A stretch of DNA of 57,179 nucleotides, taken from NCBI GenBank assembly GCA_964534365.1, contig CAZHOI010000004.1, positions 1 to 57,179 on the forward strand, given 5' to 3'. The number at the start of each line of letters is the position of its first letter. The first letter of the stretch is position 1. The position numbers were made by a program, and so were the translations under genes. Positions 26,710 through 37,486 of the stretch are shown here, in pieces. The notes beneath the pieces were generated by a model. The model was not told the origin of the DNA. It saw only the letters and a program-made list of their open reading frames with translations, and searched no databases. Source of the stretch: an uncultured Candidatus Saccharibacteria bacterium (GTDB lineage: Bacteria; Patescibacteriota; Minisyncoccia; Phycocordibacterales; SW-6-46-9).

Positions 26710-28653
26710 ATGTCATCTGATAATCCAATTCTAGATTCACTAAATCCAGGACAACGCGAGGCCGCCCGGCATACTACCGGACCATTATTGATTGTTGCGG
26801 GGGCCGGGGCCGGCAAGACCAAAACGGTTACGCACCGAATCGCAAATTTAATTAAACAAGGCGTACCCGCAGATTCAATTCTGGCGATAACATTCACCAA
26901 CAAAGCTGCCAAAGAATTACGAGAGCGTATTAGCCAGCTACTAAATCAATTGGATCTTGATAACAAATACACTGGCCTACCTACCGCTTCAACTTTTCAT
27001 TCCCTGGGTGTCACCCTGCTGCGACAATATGGTTCGGCAATTGGGATCAAATCGTCTTTTACGATCATGGATAGAGGCGATCAAGAACGGTTGGTCAAGG
27101 AAATACTCAAAGACCTAGGCTATGACGGGCAGCAATGGACACCACGCAAAGTTGCTGGCTATATTTCCAATCGCCGGCTGGGTCGAGCGGCGGCCTTGCA
27201 GCAGCTAGAACCAATAATTGACCGTTATGCCAACCTGAAACAAGAACGAGTTTTGCTGGATTTTGATGATTTGATCTGGCGGTCCAAAGAGCTTTTAGAA
27301 GCCAATGAATCAGTCAAACAGGTAGTAAATAATCGCTGGACCCATCTTCACGTGGACGAATATCAGGACACCAATAGCACTCAATACGAACTGGTTAGGC
27401 TGCTTGCAGGCCAATATCAAAATGTTTGCGCGGTAGGGGATACTGACCAAACTATTTACACCTGGCGCGGGGCCGAGATTAAAAATTTGATGCGATTTGA
27501 AACTGATTTCCCCGGCACTACCACCGTTTTACTAGAGCAAAATTATCGCTGCAGCAATACTATTATTTCAGTGGCCAACAACTGTATTTCACGCAATAAA
27601 ACTCGCATCGAAAAAAACTTGTATACGGATAATCCAGATGGTGAAAAACTCGAGCTATTAATAGGAACTGACGAGCGTGATGAGGCCCGTCAAATAGCCC
27701 GATCAATCGCTGGCCTAAAACAAGCTGGATCGGGGGCCGAGGTCGCTATTTTATATCGCGCCAATTTTCAGTCACAAGCCTTGGAAAAAGCCTTGATCGG
27801 CGAAAATATTCCCTATGATTTGTTGGGTACGAAATTTTATGCCCGCCGTGAAATCAAAGATATGTTGTGTTATTTACGCTACGGCCTTAATCCTAATAAC
27901 CCCGCTGACCTAGAGCGGATTGCTGGAGTGCCAAAAAGGGGGATTGGCCCCAAAACCGTCGCGGCAATTCTGCAGGACCGGATTACAGAGTTGGGACCCA
28001 GCGCACAGAACAAAGCCCTGAAATTTAAAGAATTTATTGCTGAAATCTCGCAATTAATTAAAACCGCCCCCCCGGCTGAAGTTATGACCCATGTGCTGGA
28101 TAAATCTGGTTGGCTAGCCAGTCTGGAAAATACTACCGGAAAGGACGCCAAAACCATCGAAGAAGACCAAGGGCGAATTGAAAACCTGGCTGAATTAATA
28201 AATGTGGCTAGTGAATACGACAATTTTGAACCTCCTCTAGGGGCACAGAAATTCTTGGAAGAGGCCGCGCTCATGGCCGAGGCCGACACAATGACCGACA
28301 CCACTGAATCAAAAGTGCGTTTGATGACTATTCACGCTTCAAAGGGTCTGGAATTTGATCAGGTTTATATCACCGGCCTAGAAGAAGGTTTGTTTCCGTC
28401 TGATCGTTCGCAATCACTAGCCGAACAAGAAGAAGAGCGTCGATTGTTTTATGTTGCCTTGACCCGAGCCAAACGAAAAGCCACTTTATCCTACGCCACC
28501 ATGCGTAACCGTTTCGGCAGTCTGACTTTTAATTCACCTTCAGAATTTATCACTGAAATTGACCCCAAATTTTTGGAACAAACAGGTCGTGGCGGCTTTG
28601 GATCAGCTGGGAGCAGCGCAACTACCGGATTATTAAGTGATATCGAGTTTTAA
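26710..28653 (+). CDS. uvrD: UvrD/PcrA/Rep superfamily 1 DNA helicase
   Basis: AGAGAGKT, TFTNKAA, VDEYQD, VGDTDQTIY, QNYR, MTIHASKGLEF, EERRLFYVALTRA. Confidence 0.95.
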   Translation: MSSDNPILDSLNPGQREAARHTTGPLLIVAGAGAGKTKTVTHRIANLIKQGVPADSILAITFTNKAAKELRERISQLLNQLDLDNKYTGLPTASTFHSLGVTLLRQYGSAIGIKSSFTIMDRGDQERLVKEILKDLGYDGQQWTPRKVAGYISNRRLGRAAALQQLEPIIDRYANLKQERVLLDFDDLIWRSKELLEANESVKQVVNNRWTHLHVDEYQDTNSTQYELVRLLAGQYQNVCAVGDTDQTIYTWRGAEIKNLMRFETDFPGTTTVLLEQNYRCSNTIISVANNCISRNKTRIEKNLYTDNPDGEKLELLIGTDERDEARQIARSIAGLKQAGSGAEVAILYRANFQSQALEKALIGENIPYDLLGTKFYARREIKDMLCYLRYGLNPNNPADLERIAGVPKRGIGPKTVAAILQDRITELGPSAQNKALKFKEFIAEISQLIKTAPPAEVMTHVLDKSGWLASLENTTGKDAKTIEEDQGRIENLAELINVASEYDNFEPPLGAQKFLEEAALMAEADTMTDTTESKVRLMTIHASKGLEFDQVYITGLEEGLFPSDRSQSLAEQEEERRLFYVALTRAKRKATLSYATMRNRFGSLTFNSPSEFITEIDPKFLEQTGRGGFGSAGSSATTGLLSDIEF

Positions 28654-28752
28654 TCACCTAGATTCAATCTTCCTACTAAAAAACTTGCCCACCTTTAAGT
28701 AACTTTATAACGCGCTAAATAGCAATCTATAAGCTAAAATAGCTCTAATAAT

Positions 28753-29523
28753 ATGGGTGACGATCATAATTTTAAAAAACACCTTGGTCAAAACTGGCTA
28801 ATAGATACCACGGTCATAAAAGATATTGTGCAAGCTGCCAAAATCAGCAGTAATAGAATGGTGGTTGAGATTGGACCTGGGGCGGGAGCATTGACCAAAG
28901 CACTGCTGGAGGCTGGCTCATCAGTAATTGCGATTGAAAAGGATCGCGATTTGATCCCAGAATTAGAGTCGCAGTTTGCCCGATACTCGAGTCAATTCCA
29001 GCTGCTACAGAGCGATATTCGCGACATTGATTTAGCCGATTTGATCATTAATGGCCAACCGTACCAATTGGTGGCAAATATTCCCTATTATCTTAGCGGC
29101 TTGATTATGAAAAAATTCCTCACCGCTAGTCAACAACCTGATTCAATGACATTGCTAATTCAGCGTGAAGTAGCTGATCGTATTTTAGCCTTGGATAACA
29201 AACAGTCAGTATTATCATTGTCAGTCCAAGTATATGGTCAGGCTATCAAAATTCGCAATGTCAAGGCAGGGGCCTTTCGCCCGATTCCAAAGGTGCAGTC
29301 AGCGGTAATCCATATCAAAAACATTAATCGCAACTGGTTTGCCCAAAACCAAATTGCCGAGGCGAGATTCTTTGATATTATCAAGCGCGCCTTTAACCAG
29401 AAACGTAAAACCTTAGGAGCTAGTCTGGGATTAGATGCCCATTCCAGCTATCAAAAACGCCGTCCAGAAAGCATGTCGTTGAATGACTGGGCCGCATTGA
29501 TTCAAGGTAATCCACAATTATAA
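28753..29523 (+). CDS. rsmA: 16S rRNA dimethyladenosine transferase
   Basis: KKHLGQNWL, VEIGPGAGALT, VANIPY, F.P.PKV.S, RKTL. Confidence 0.93.
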   Translation: MGDDHNFKKHLGQNWLIDTTVIKDIVQAAKISSNRMVVEIGPGAGALTKALLEAGSSVIAIEKDRDLIPELESQFARYSSQFQLLQSDIRDIDLADLIINGQPYQLVANIPYYLSGLIMKKFLTASQQPDSMTLLIQREVADRILALDNKQSVLSLSVQVYGQAIKIRNVKAGAFRPIPKVQSAVIHIKNINRNWFAQNQIAEARFFDIIKRAFNQKRKTLGASLGLDAHSSYQKRRPESMSLNDWAALIQGNPQL

Positions 29524-29576
29524 AACGCCTCTGTTGTCATGGTAGGGCTCGATTGCTGCTACACTTTAGACTAGTA

Positions 29577-30500
29577 ATGGCCGCCAATTATCTACCTTCT
29601 AAAAAGTTTCAAAAACGAGCTGGAATTGGCTTGGGGGTTTTGGCATTAATTTTGACTGCCGGCACTTTGTTCAACCTTGATTCCAATTCAACCGATGATG
29701 AGACCGCGCCACTAGCATTTTCTAAAACTGATTCAGATCAGGATGGTTTGCGCGATTGGGAAGAGAGAATTTGGGGCAGTGATCCATTCAATCCAGATAG
29801 TGACAATGACGGCATTCTTGACGGTCTCGAGGTCGAAGACGGCCGCGACCCCCTAAAAACGGGCGCTGATGAATTGACTGATTCACGTTTGGCGTCAGTT
29901 TATTCCGGCTACAAACGCCGAAGTCTGGAAAATATTAATATTACCGATCAAATATCTGACAAGATTTTGCCACACAGTTTATTGCTGGCTAACGAGCTAC
30001 GTGAAACCGATCGACTCGCCAACACCAATCGCACCGATTTATTAATTCAGCCGGTCGTCAATGAATATCGTATATCTGATAATAAACTTACTATCGAAGA
30101 CCTTAATCTGGTTCCAGCCAATGCCGAAAGTTTAACGAATTATTTCACCCTGGTGCTAGAAACTGCTAATTCCGGCCTTGGTAATATTGGGGGTAATGAA
30201 GTTTCGCTAGCTCTAAATAGCGATAATCTGAATGTGGAAAAAACCCTTAATAATTATCGCCGAGTGGTAAATGAATTGAGTCGCGCCAGCGTGCCCAGCC
30301 CAATTGCCGAACGTCACATAGCAGTTTTAAATAATTTTATCCGGATGCGAGATAGCTTTAATTTATTATTAAGCGCCGAAGAAGACGACAGTGCTAAAAA
30401 GATTTATGCCCTTGATGAACTAAAAATCCTGCAAAGTCAAAATCTGACTGAAATAGAAAGACTCGCCCAGGCGTGGCGTAATAGTGTCGATAATCTCTAA
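29577..30500 (+). CDS. Membrane-anchored protein with thrombospondin-type-3-like Ca-binding repeats (first gene of the T4SS-like locus)
   Basis: TM helix then DSDQDGLRDWEE / DSDNDGILDGLE repeats; start set to the ATG at 29577. Confidence 0.7.
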   Translation: MAANYLPSKKFQKRAGIGLGVLALILTAGTLFNLDSNSTDDETAPLAFSKTDSDQDGLRDWEERIWGSDPFNPDSDNDGILDGLEVEDGRDPLKTGADELTDSRLASVYSGYKRRSLENINITDQISDKILPHSLLLANELRETDRLANTNRTDLLIQPVVNEYRISDNKLTIEDLNLVPANAESLTNYFTLVLETANSGLGNIGGNEVSLALNSDNLNVEKTLNNYRRVVNELSRASVPSPIAERHIAVLNNFIRMRDSFNLLLSAEEDDSAKKIYALDELKILQSQNLTEIERLAQAWRNSVDNL

Positions 30501-30505
30501 ATTAT

Positions 30506-33500
30506 ATGAACTCTGGACAACTCATGAAATTATTATCAAAGACTATCTCGCTTACCCTGGGTCTAGTTTTTGCGATAGTTTCTTTCATGCCCCAATATGC
30601 CGCAGCTCAAATATCCAGCCTAGAACCCCAACCCCCACGAGCGCCCAATGTAGAGCCTGGCGCGCTGCAATCAATTGATCTAGAAGACACCAATGTGGGT
30701 GCCAGTCTGGTTACTGGTGGCGCCTTTGCAATTGATGAATGTGTCGATCAACCACTGGGTGAGTTTAGCGGCATTCTGTCCAGTAACATGACCGCCATGG
30801 CCACAGAGTTCCTAGGTGGTGCGGGAGTAGTAGATGAAGTTAGCAATGCAGTTGCTACAGCCACAAATATTGCTAATGCTGCCTTGGGCTTGGCTCAGGT
30901 GGGGGCTAAACTAGGCCCATTAATTGGTTTACCTCCGGGCATAGGTGACTTTTTAGGTGGTGCAGAAAAAACCCAGGACGATCGTACCTTCAATGCAATT
31001 TTGCAGTCTTCAACTGAACTAACAAAACTAAATGCCAAAATTGGCGAGGTTCAGGCACGAGGCACGAGTGATATATTGGGGGTTTTGCAAAATATGCAAG
31101 TGTCAGACAATTGTTTGGACCGAGTGGTATTTATTCAGGCCCAAAATCTACTGTTCGACATGCGCAATCAGGCGTCCGAATGGATCGTGTCCGGATTCGA
31201 GGGCGGAAATCCAGGTTTTGTACAAAATATTGAACAGAGGGAACGCAATCTGGCTGCCGCGCAATGGTTAAATTTCCTTGACCCAGATCAAGGATCATTT
31301 AGCGGCATTTGCTCTGCCTTTCGAGAGGACGTAGTATTTAATGTCCGACAAGCCTATAACAGATCATTTGGCGGTGATCCTGCCCAAGTCATTCCCGAGG
31401 TAGATTTATCAACTACCGAGGAACTGTTGCTGCGCCGAGCAGTCACCGATGATGAAGGGGATGGCTGTGCGTTGAATCAAATTACTGGATCAGAAGAAAA
31501 TACCCAGCGGTTTCTAGATGGCGAATTTGTTACCGGCAGTTGGGAAGGATGGTTTACATTGTTTAATGACCCCAATTCTAATCCCAATACTGCCTCCAGG
31601 GTTTATACCCAGCAATTAAACAATTCAATTCAGAGTGAATGGGATGCTGATCGACGCCGACTAGCCTATTCTGGTGGTTATTTAGATGATCGACGTTGTA
31701 TTGACGAAAATGGCAATGCGTCCGAAGTTGGCTTTGCGGGAATATGTGCTGACGGATCAGACCCAATTACCGTAACCCCAGGTAGTGCGGTAGCCGCTGT
31801 AATCGAGGGCTTGGCCCAGGCTGATATTGATAGAGCAGTAATGGTGGACAAAGTTGGCGAGGTTGTAGAATCAATTGGCATGACCTTGATAGGCCAACTG
31901 TTTCCAACTGGATCACAATCACGCGCCCCTGGACTAGCTAACCTTAGCGCGCAGTCATTTGAACAGGCTTTTGCGCAAGCTTATGAAAATACTGCTAATT
32001 TTGCTGGACCGAACCCTGATTCATTCAGCATTGCCATGTTAGATCGACAAGTTTCCACCGAAGAAGCCATGTATTCAATGTTTTCTGATATTTGGGAATT
32101 ACGCAACTCGCAGGGGTTTACGGATGTAGAGCAATGTATTGAAGGGAATTCAAATTTGCAGACCTCATTGCAGGAACTAGATGCGTTGATTGAAAGTATT
32201 ATCCCAGGATCACAGTCTAGCCTTGAAGCCAAATATGATTATGAACCACCTGGGCAATATAAAGTCGATTGGGCAGGGAACGATTTTGAGTGGCTAGAAG
32301 AAAAAGTCTACGGTTTAGAAACTTGCGAAATAGATACTTATGGTGATTATGAGACAGAGATCGATCAATTATTAGAAAGATTTATTGATCGACCGCAGTT
32401 TTCGTTCAGGATGCCTACCGATGGTGATAGTTGGCAAATTTCTATATGTGCACCCCTCGGTGACGGAGGCCGTACCCAATTTTTTAAAATTGGTTACTCT
32501 CCACCAGGATATAGAGAAGCCAATAACAATCTAAAGGTTGATTGGAATGGATTACCTTTTAACTGGAAGCGATATGACCCGTTCCAAAAAGAGAATGCTT
32601 ACGAGATAAGGCAATGTGACACAAGAACCGAAGGAGAATTTGGTTACTCTGCAGGACAAAGATTGTCTACAGACGACGTAAGAGGTCCAAGTAGCTCTGA
32701 CTGGTCAGCCATCTATCCCATCGATGGAAACGAACGCAAAGGAGTGAGAAATTGGTGTGTATATTTTGGGCATTTATTAGGTTTTGCCGAATGTACAGGT
32801 GACAATCAGGATCCTGAGTCAAGAGAGCAGATATCGATAGGTATGAGCAGGGGCTTAGAGTACTTACTAGGAACTAAGCTTAATTATTCAGTTAATGGCA
32901 GTGGCTTATTAGAAATAAATAACTCTAACTGGTACCGCAATCGCTGTGCGCTAGAGGGAATAGGAGATGTAGAAGGAGGGAAAATATATGCAGCCTATAA
33001 AGGATATTACGATCAATCTACACAAGGTTCAGCTGCCTATTCTCCTCAACCAAAACCAACTTCATTAGATGTACTACTGGCTAATATCGCCGTTACCCTG
33101 GATGGTCTGCCAGATTTAATTGCTCCGCAATCAATTATTGACGAAGTCAGACCGGCAGGGGCAGCCGATCGTGCTGCAATTGAAAATGGGTTGTATGACC
33201 TGCGTCAACAATTTAATAGTGGTACCCCCAGTTCGCTAGTCGCGCAATCATTTTATGAACTAGCCCAAAATCGTAACTTCCATAGTCGCGAGGACGTTGA
33301 AATAGCCCGATCTGGTTACGAGCAGATCCTTAACCTATATGAGCTGATACTAGAACAATCCGAGGACTGTCAGACAACACCAGGTGGGGGGGTTACTGAC
33401 ATTCTGGCAGATGGTGACATTGCCGTTGATGGCATTAACACCTACCAGGACGAGATTGATCTGCCAAATGATTACGAGCAGCCAATTACTATTTCCTGGG

Positions 33501-34843
33501 AGACCGAATATTGTGACCCAAATATCGGTGTTTATGTATATCGCAATGGGGTCGAAATTGCCTCGGGCCTATCAGGGTCAGAATTGGATGACACCTTGGT
33601 TGGAGTCGATGCGACCGCTGTTTACGAGCTGTATTGTGGTCGACCTGATGAAACCATCGGCCGTCAGGCCCGATCAACTGATGATGGATCATATAATCAA
33701 AGTAATCGAAACAGAGGACTAGTCGCCCAACTATGGACTATGATTCTACCTACTGCCCAGGCCCAGGTAAATAGTCAGTCCAGCAATAATAAGGCCAGGT
33801 TATTGGACTATGTGATCGTAGATTCTAATTTAAGCGCCGGTAGTGCCGGCAATAATCCAGGCACTATTGCCCAATCCAGCGGAGTATTAACCATCAATGG
33901 TCGTAATAATAATTTCTCGATCGATTCATCGCGGGCTGATCTAAATATATCTTGGGTAACTGATCAATGTCCTACCGATTTAAACCTGTATCGGGACGCG
34001 ATCAATCTATACAGCGGCGAGGCTGACAGTGAATACCGCGACAATCGCATTGGATCCCCTGATACCTATCGTTACGAGCTCTACTGTGGCCAACGTCAAC
34101 CCCATTCGCGTGCTGATCGCGCTTCGGGATCATCTACTACAACCAATGTTAATGGCCAGGTTATCAGCAAATTATTAGACAGCATTCGTGTTAGCGTGAT
34201 TGATGATACTGATCCCGTTGTGATCGAAGATGACGACACCAATGATCCAGCTGTGGGTGATGATAACGAATCAGCTGACGATCAAACTGGTGACAGCCCT
34301 GAACCAAATGGCATTGATGATGATGGGGATGGTTGCATTGATGACACATCCCTAGATTCAGATGGCCAGTGCGACAATGGTGGAGCGTATAATGCCCCTG
34401 AAGAGAATACCGCAAATAATTTGGATGATGACAGTGACGGCTGTATTGATGATTCCTACTTGGACCCGGACGGCAGTTGTAATGATGGTGGCGATTATAC
34501 CCGTGGCGAAGACGAGACAGACCTAGATGAGAGCGCAAACAACATTAATGCAGTTGCCCTGACCAATGGCATTGATGATGATGGGGATGGATTAATTGAC
34601 GAAGACGACGAGGCCAGCCTACCGATTACTGATTTGTCTAATTTAGGTCAGGTTGAAAATGAGGATGAGTCGCCAATAATCTGGTGGTTGTGGCTGCTGA
34701 TACTGCTGTTGATTATTTTGATAGGATACTTTTTATATCGTCTGATTCGATCGCGTCGCAATAAAAATCAAGTTATCGAAATTAATGCTGCCAACGCCGC
34801 CCGACAAACAGAGGTGACGGTGCCAACCCCTGCTAAAAATTAG
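30506..34843 (+). CDS. Large secreted/surface protein (1445 aa) with tandem beta-rich domains, acidic DDDGDG repeats and C-terminal TM anchor
   Basis: Signal peptide (..YAAAQ), two ISW.T..C...YELYCG domains, three N(G/N)(I/L)DDD(G/S)DG repeats, WWLWLLILLLIILIGYFLY followed by RRNK. Confidence 0.75.
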   Translation: MNSGQLMKLLSKTISLTLGLVFAIVSFMPQYAAAQISSLEPQPPRAPNVEPGALQSIDLEDTNVGASLVTGGAFAIDECVDQPLGEFSGILSSNMTAMATEFLGGAGVVDEVSNAVATATNIANAALGLAQVGAKLGPLIGLPPGIGDFLGGAEKTQDDRTFNAILQSSTELTKLNAKIGEVQARGTSDILGVLQNMQVSDNCLDRVVFIQAQNLLFDMRNQASEWIVSGFEGGNPGFVQNIEQRERNLAAAQWLNFLDPDQGSFSGICSAFREDVVFNVRQAYNRSFGGDPAQVIPEVDLSTTEELLLRRAVTDDEGDGCALNQITGSEENTQRFLDGEFVTGSWEGWFTLFNDPNSNPNTASRVYTQQLNNSIQSEWDADRRRLAYSGGYLDDRRCIDENGNASEVGFAGICADGSDPITVTPGSAVAAVIEGLAQADIDRAVMVDKVGEVVESIGMTLIGQLFPTGSQSRAPGLANLSAQSFEQAFAQAYENTANFAGPNPDSFSIAMLDRQVSTEEAMYSMFSDIWELRNSQGFTDVEQCIEGNSNLQTSLQELDALIESIIPGSQSSLEAKYDYEPPGQYKVDWAGNDFEWLEEKVYGLETCEIDTYGDYETEIDQLLERFIDRPQFSFRMPTDGDSWQISICAPLGDGGRTQFFKIGYSPPGYREANNNLKVDWNGLPFNWKRYDPFQKENAYEIRQCDTRTEGEFGYSAGQRLSTDDVRGPSSSDWSAIYPIDGNERKGVRNWCVYFGHLLGFAECTGDNQDPESREQISIGMSRGLEYLLGTKLNYSVNGSGLLEINNSNWYRNRCALEGIGDVEGGKIYAAYKGYYDQSTQGSAAYSPQPKPTSLDVLLANIAVTLDGLPDLIAPQSIIDEVRPAGAADRAAIENGLYDLRQQFNSGTPSSLVAQSFYELAQNRNFHSREDVEIARSGYEQILNLYELILEQSEDCQTTPGGGVTDILADGDIAVDGINTYQDEIDLPNDYEQPITISWETEYCDPNIGVYVYRNGVEIASGLSGSELDDTLVGVDATAVYELYCGRPDETIGRQARSTDDGSYNQSNRNRGLVAQLWTMILPTAQAQVNSQSSNNKARLLDYVIVDSNLSAGSAGNNPGTIAQSSGVLTINGRNNNFSIDSSRADLNISWVTDQCPTDLNLYRDAINLYSGEADSEYRDNRIGSPDTYRYELYCGQRQPHSRADRASGSSTTTNVNGQVISKLLDSIRVSVIDDTDPVVIEDDDTNDPAVGDDNESADDQTGDSPEPNGIDDDGDGCIDDTSLDSDGQCDNGGAYNAPEENTANNLDDDSDGCIDDSYLDPDGSCNDGGDYTRGEDETDLDESANNINAVALTNGIDDDGDGLIDEDDEASLPITDLSNLGQVENEDESPIIWWLWLLILLLIILIGYFLYRLIRSRRNKNQVIEINAANAARQTEVTVPTPAKN

Positions 34844-34940
34844 ATGGTTTTAAACGGTCGTACCGCTTAAAAGTAGTGGTAGTCAACCTAATCCTTGAAC
34901 CCGATCAATCAGGCCTTGCTATCGTGATATTATAAGGGCA

Positions 34941-37481
34941 GTGATTAAATGGTCGCGATTTTTATCAGTGGTTTACCATACAGTAGCGCGTTTTTTTAAA
35001 ACAATATTTTCCCGACTGCAATTATTTCTGACCAAAATAATTCAGTATAAATTTTCGATCATTACTATTGCTGTGGTCGCATTTATTGCGCTGCTGCCAG
35101 AAACTGCCTCGGCCAACATTAACTTTGGCTGTGGTGGGGTTGGAATAGGTGACGCTTTCCCGGATTTTCCGTGTTTATTAGGGCAAACCATGCTGCAATT
35201 AACCTCGGTATTTGCCTTTATTGCCGGTAATCTACTGGATTTGGTGACTAAATTATTTGTATTTGAAATGTCTACCACCCTGGAACAAGGGCAGCTGTTC
35301 GTTACGCCAGAAACTGGCGAATGGGCCGGGGTACCGGTATATCGCGCGATGTGGTTTATCGTGCGCGACCTTGCCAATTTGTCATTTATTTTTATTCTAA
35401 TTTATGCATCAGTGTCGATGATCTTTAACAATAAATTTGGACTAGATGCCAAAAAGATTGTCCCGCAGTTGGTACTAGTGGCAATACTCATGAATTTTTC
35501 ACTGTTTTTTGTACAGGTAGCCACAGATTTTTCCAACTATATTGCGTACCAGTTCTTTACCAATGTCGAAGTCCAGGTCTGGCAAAATGACGAGAATGAA
35601 GAGATTTTGATTGATCCTGAAACTGGCGAGCCGGCTTTTGTCCAAATCGGATCTACCGAATCAGGAGCCGCGACCCTGTCTGACATCATAATGAACGTTA
35701 CCAAGGTCACCGCGCTGGTGGCCAGCCCTGCCGATCTGGCCAGTTCGCAGGCAGCCAGTCGTAGTGCCGAGCTGGATCGTCAGCCCGGATTTGCGTTTGG
35801 ATTTTTTGCCAGTATATTCGTATTTTTTGCCGGTTTGGTTATGCTGGCTGGCGCATTTTTACTATTTCTGCGGTTTTTCATGATTTTGATATTTATGGTG
35901 TCGGCCCCAATTGCCTTTGCCTCTAGCATTGTCGAAGGAGGTAAAAACAAAGATAGTGGCAAAGGGTTGTTTAAAGGCTGGTGGTTGCCTGGACTAACCA
36001 ATCAATTGATTTTTGCACCGGCATATTTTGGACTGCTATATCTGGCCCTACAGTTTTTGCAAACGATTACTGATGCGGGGTTGGGCGCGCCCAAAGACTC
36101 GACCTTTGCCTATTGGGTTCAAAACGCCTTTATATTTATTGTGTCAGCTGCATTTCTGATTGCCGCTATATGGTATGCCAAAAGACTCTCGATTGCTGGT
36201 TCTAAACTAGCAGTAAATAACACTAAACGCATGTTTGCAGCAGGAGTTTTGGGTGGAGCTGGATTAGCAGGGCGTCAAACTATAGGGCGCTTATCAAATC
36301 GCTACCTAAACTCTAACCAAGATCGACTAAAACAAAGAATTGCAAGCGGTGGGGTTAGCGGTAAAATTGCCCGAATGCAATTAGATGCAGGTAAAAGGAT
36401 GACCAAAGCCAGTTTCGACGGACGACTAGCCCTTGATCGTATCCCAGGAATTAGAATGAATGAAATCTCTTATGGCAATCGTGATAGCCTCAAGAAAGGA
36501 TTCGGGGGAAGAAGAGCCGAAAAACTTGAGAAAGAAACCGAGAAGGTCGTAGACGTTGCACAAGCTCTAAATGAAAAGCAACGCGACCGTTACGCGAATA
36601 GGTTGATGTCACAAAAAACAGGGCTAAAGGGACTGTTCCAATTTATAACTCACAGTCAAGATGTTGAAACAGGAAAACTTGAACCTCGGCCCGGAGCAAA
36701 AAAACTACTGAACAAATATAATAATATTGTTATGGGCTTGGGCGGTTCACTAGAGGACAAATTACTTGAAGGAAGTCCTGGTTTAAGTAAGCGAAAAACA
36801 GCTGCTGCAGTAAATAGAACCAAGAATTTCTTAGCGCGTAATGAGCCAGTGTACGGTCAAGGGGCTGAGCCCGATTGGATTACAAAAGCGCAAGAAAGAG
36901 AAATAACCAAAAGGAAACATCAGGCTGAGGTTTTAATCGCAGAAAACGAACGAGAGGCCGCCACCTTAGAGCGCGAGATGGCTGAGCGTCAGGCAGAAGC
37001 TAAGAAACATGCTAACAGGCTTAAAGATTTACGTAAGAGGCTTGAAAGAGCGAGAGAGCTAGGAAATGAAACTGAGGTCAACCGATATGAAGGTGAATTG
37101 AATGATGAGCAGCAAAGATTGGCTGGAATAAACAATCAAATAAATACCAGGAACTCTCGGCTGAATACACTCAAAAAAGACACCGCCAGAATTCAAAAGG
37201 TGAAAAGTAGAAGAATAAACTCGGCAAGGGATGCATACAATCGAGATAGGACACAGATGCGTTACTCTAATGGAGGTTATATTAATTACAAATTAGGAAA
37301 CGCAATCTCTGGATCAAATTGGGAAAGAACTAAAACAAGTCTCAAGAAAAGAAAGGACGCAGATGAATATTTCAACCGTATGAAAGATGTCGTTAGTGAA
37401 GGGAACTTGAATGCTCCGGAAAAACGAACCGCTGCTGACGCTGGAGACTCAGAGGATTCTTCGGATGGAAACGAAAACTAA
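34941..37481 (+). CDS. VirB6/TrbL-like polytopic membrane protein with long basic coiled-coil C-tail
   Basis: W..VRDLAN..FIF, LV.VAIL.NFSLFF, multiple TM segments; context next to PrgI and VirB4. Confidence 0.7.
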   Translation: MIKWSRFLSVVYHTVARFFKTIFSRLQLFLTKIIQYKFSIITIAVVAFIALLPETASANINFGCGGVGIGDAFPDFPCLLGQTMLQLTSVFAFIAGNLLDLVTKLFVFEMSTTLEQGQLFVTPETGEWAGVPVYRAMWFIVRDLANLSFIFILIYASVSMIFNNKFGLDAKKIVPQLVLVAILMNFSLFFVQVATDFSNYIAYQFFTNVEVQVWQNDENEEILIDPETGEPAFVQIGSTESGAATLSDIIMNVTKVTALVASPADLASSQAASRSAELDRQPGFAFGFFASIFVFFAGLVMLAGAFLLFLRFFMILIFMVSAPIAFASSIVEGGKNKDSGKGLFKGWWLPGLTNQLIFAPAYFGLLYLALQFLQTITDAGLGAPKDSTFAYWVQNAFIFIVSAAFLIAAIWYAKRLSIAGSKLAVNNTKRMFAAGVLGGAGLAGRQTIGRLSNRYLNSNQDRLKQRIASGGVSGKIARMQLDAGKRMTKASFDGRLALDRIPGIRMNEISYGNRDSLKKGFGGRRAEKLEKETEKVVDVAQALNEKQRDRYANRLMSQKTGLKGLFQFITHSQDVETGKLEPRPGAKKLLNKYNNIVMGLGGSLEDKLLEGSPGLSKRKTAAAVNRTKNFLARNEPVYGQGAEPDWITKAQEREITKRKHQAEVLIAENEREAATLEREMAERQAEAKKHANRLKDLRKRLERARELGNETEVNRYEGELNDEQQRLAGINNQINTRNSRLNTLKKDTARIQKVKSRRINSARDAYNRDRTQMRYSNGGYINYKLGNAISGSNWERTKTSLKKRKDADEYFNRMKDVVSEGNLNAPEKRTAADAGDSEDSSDGNEN

Positions 37482-37486
37482 TAAAT

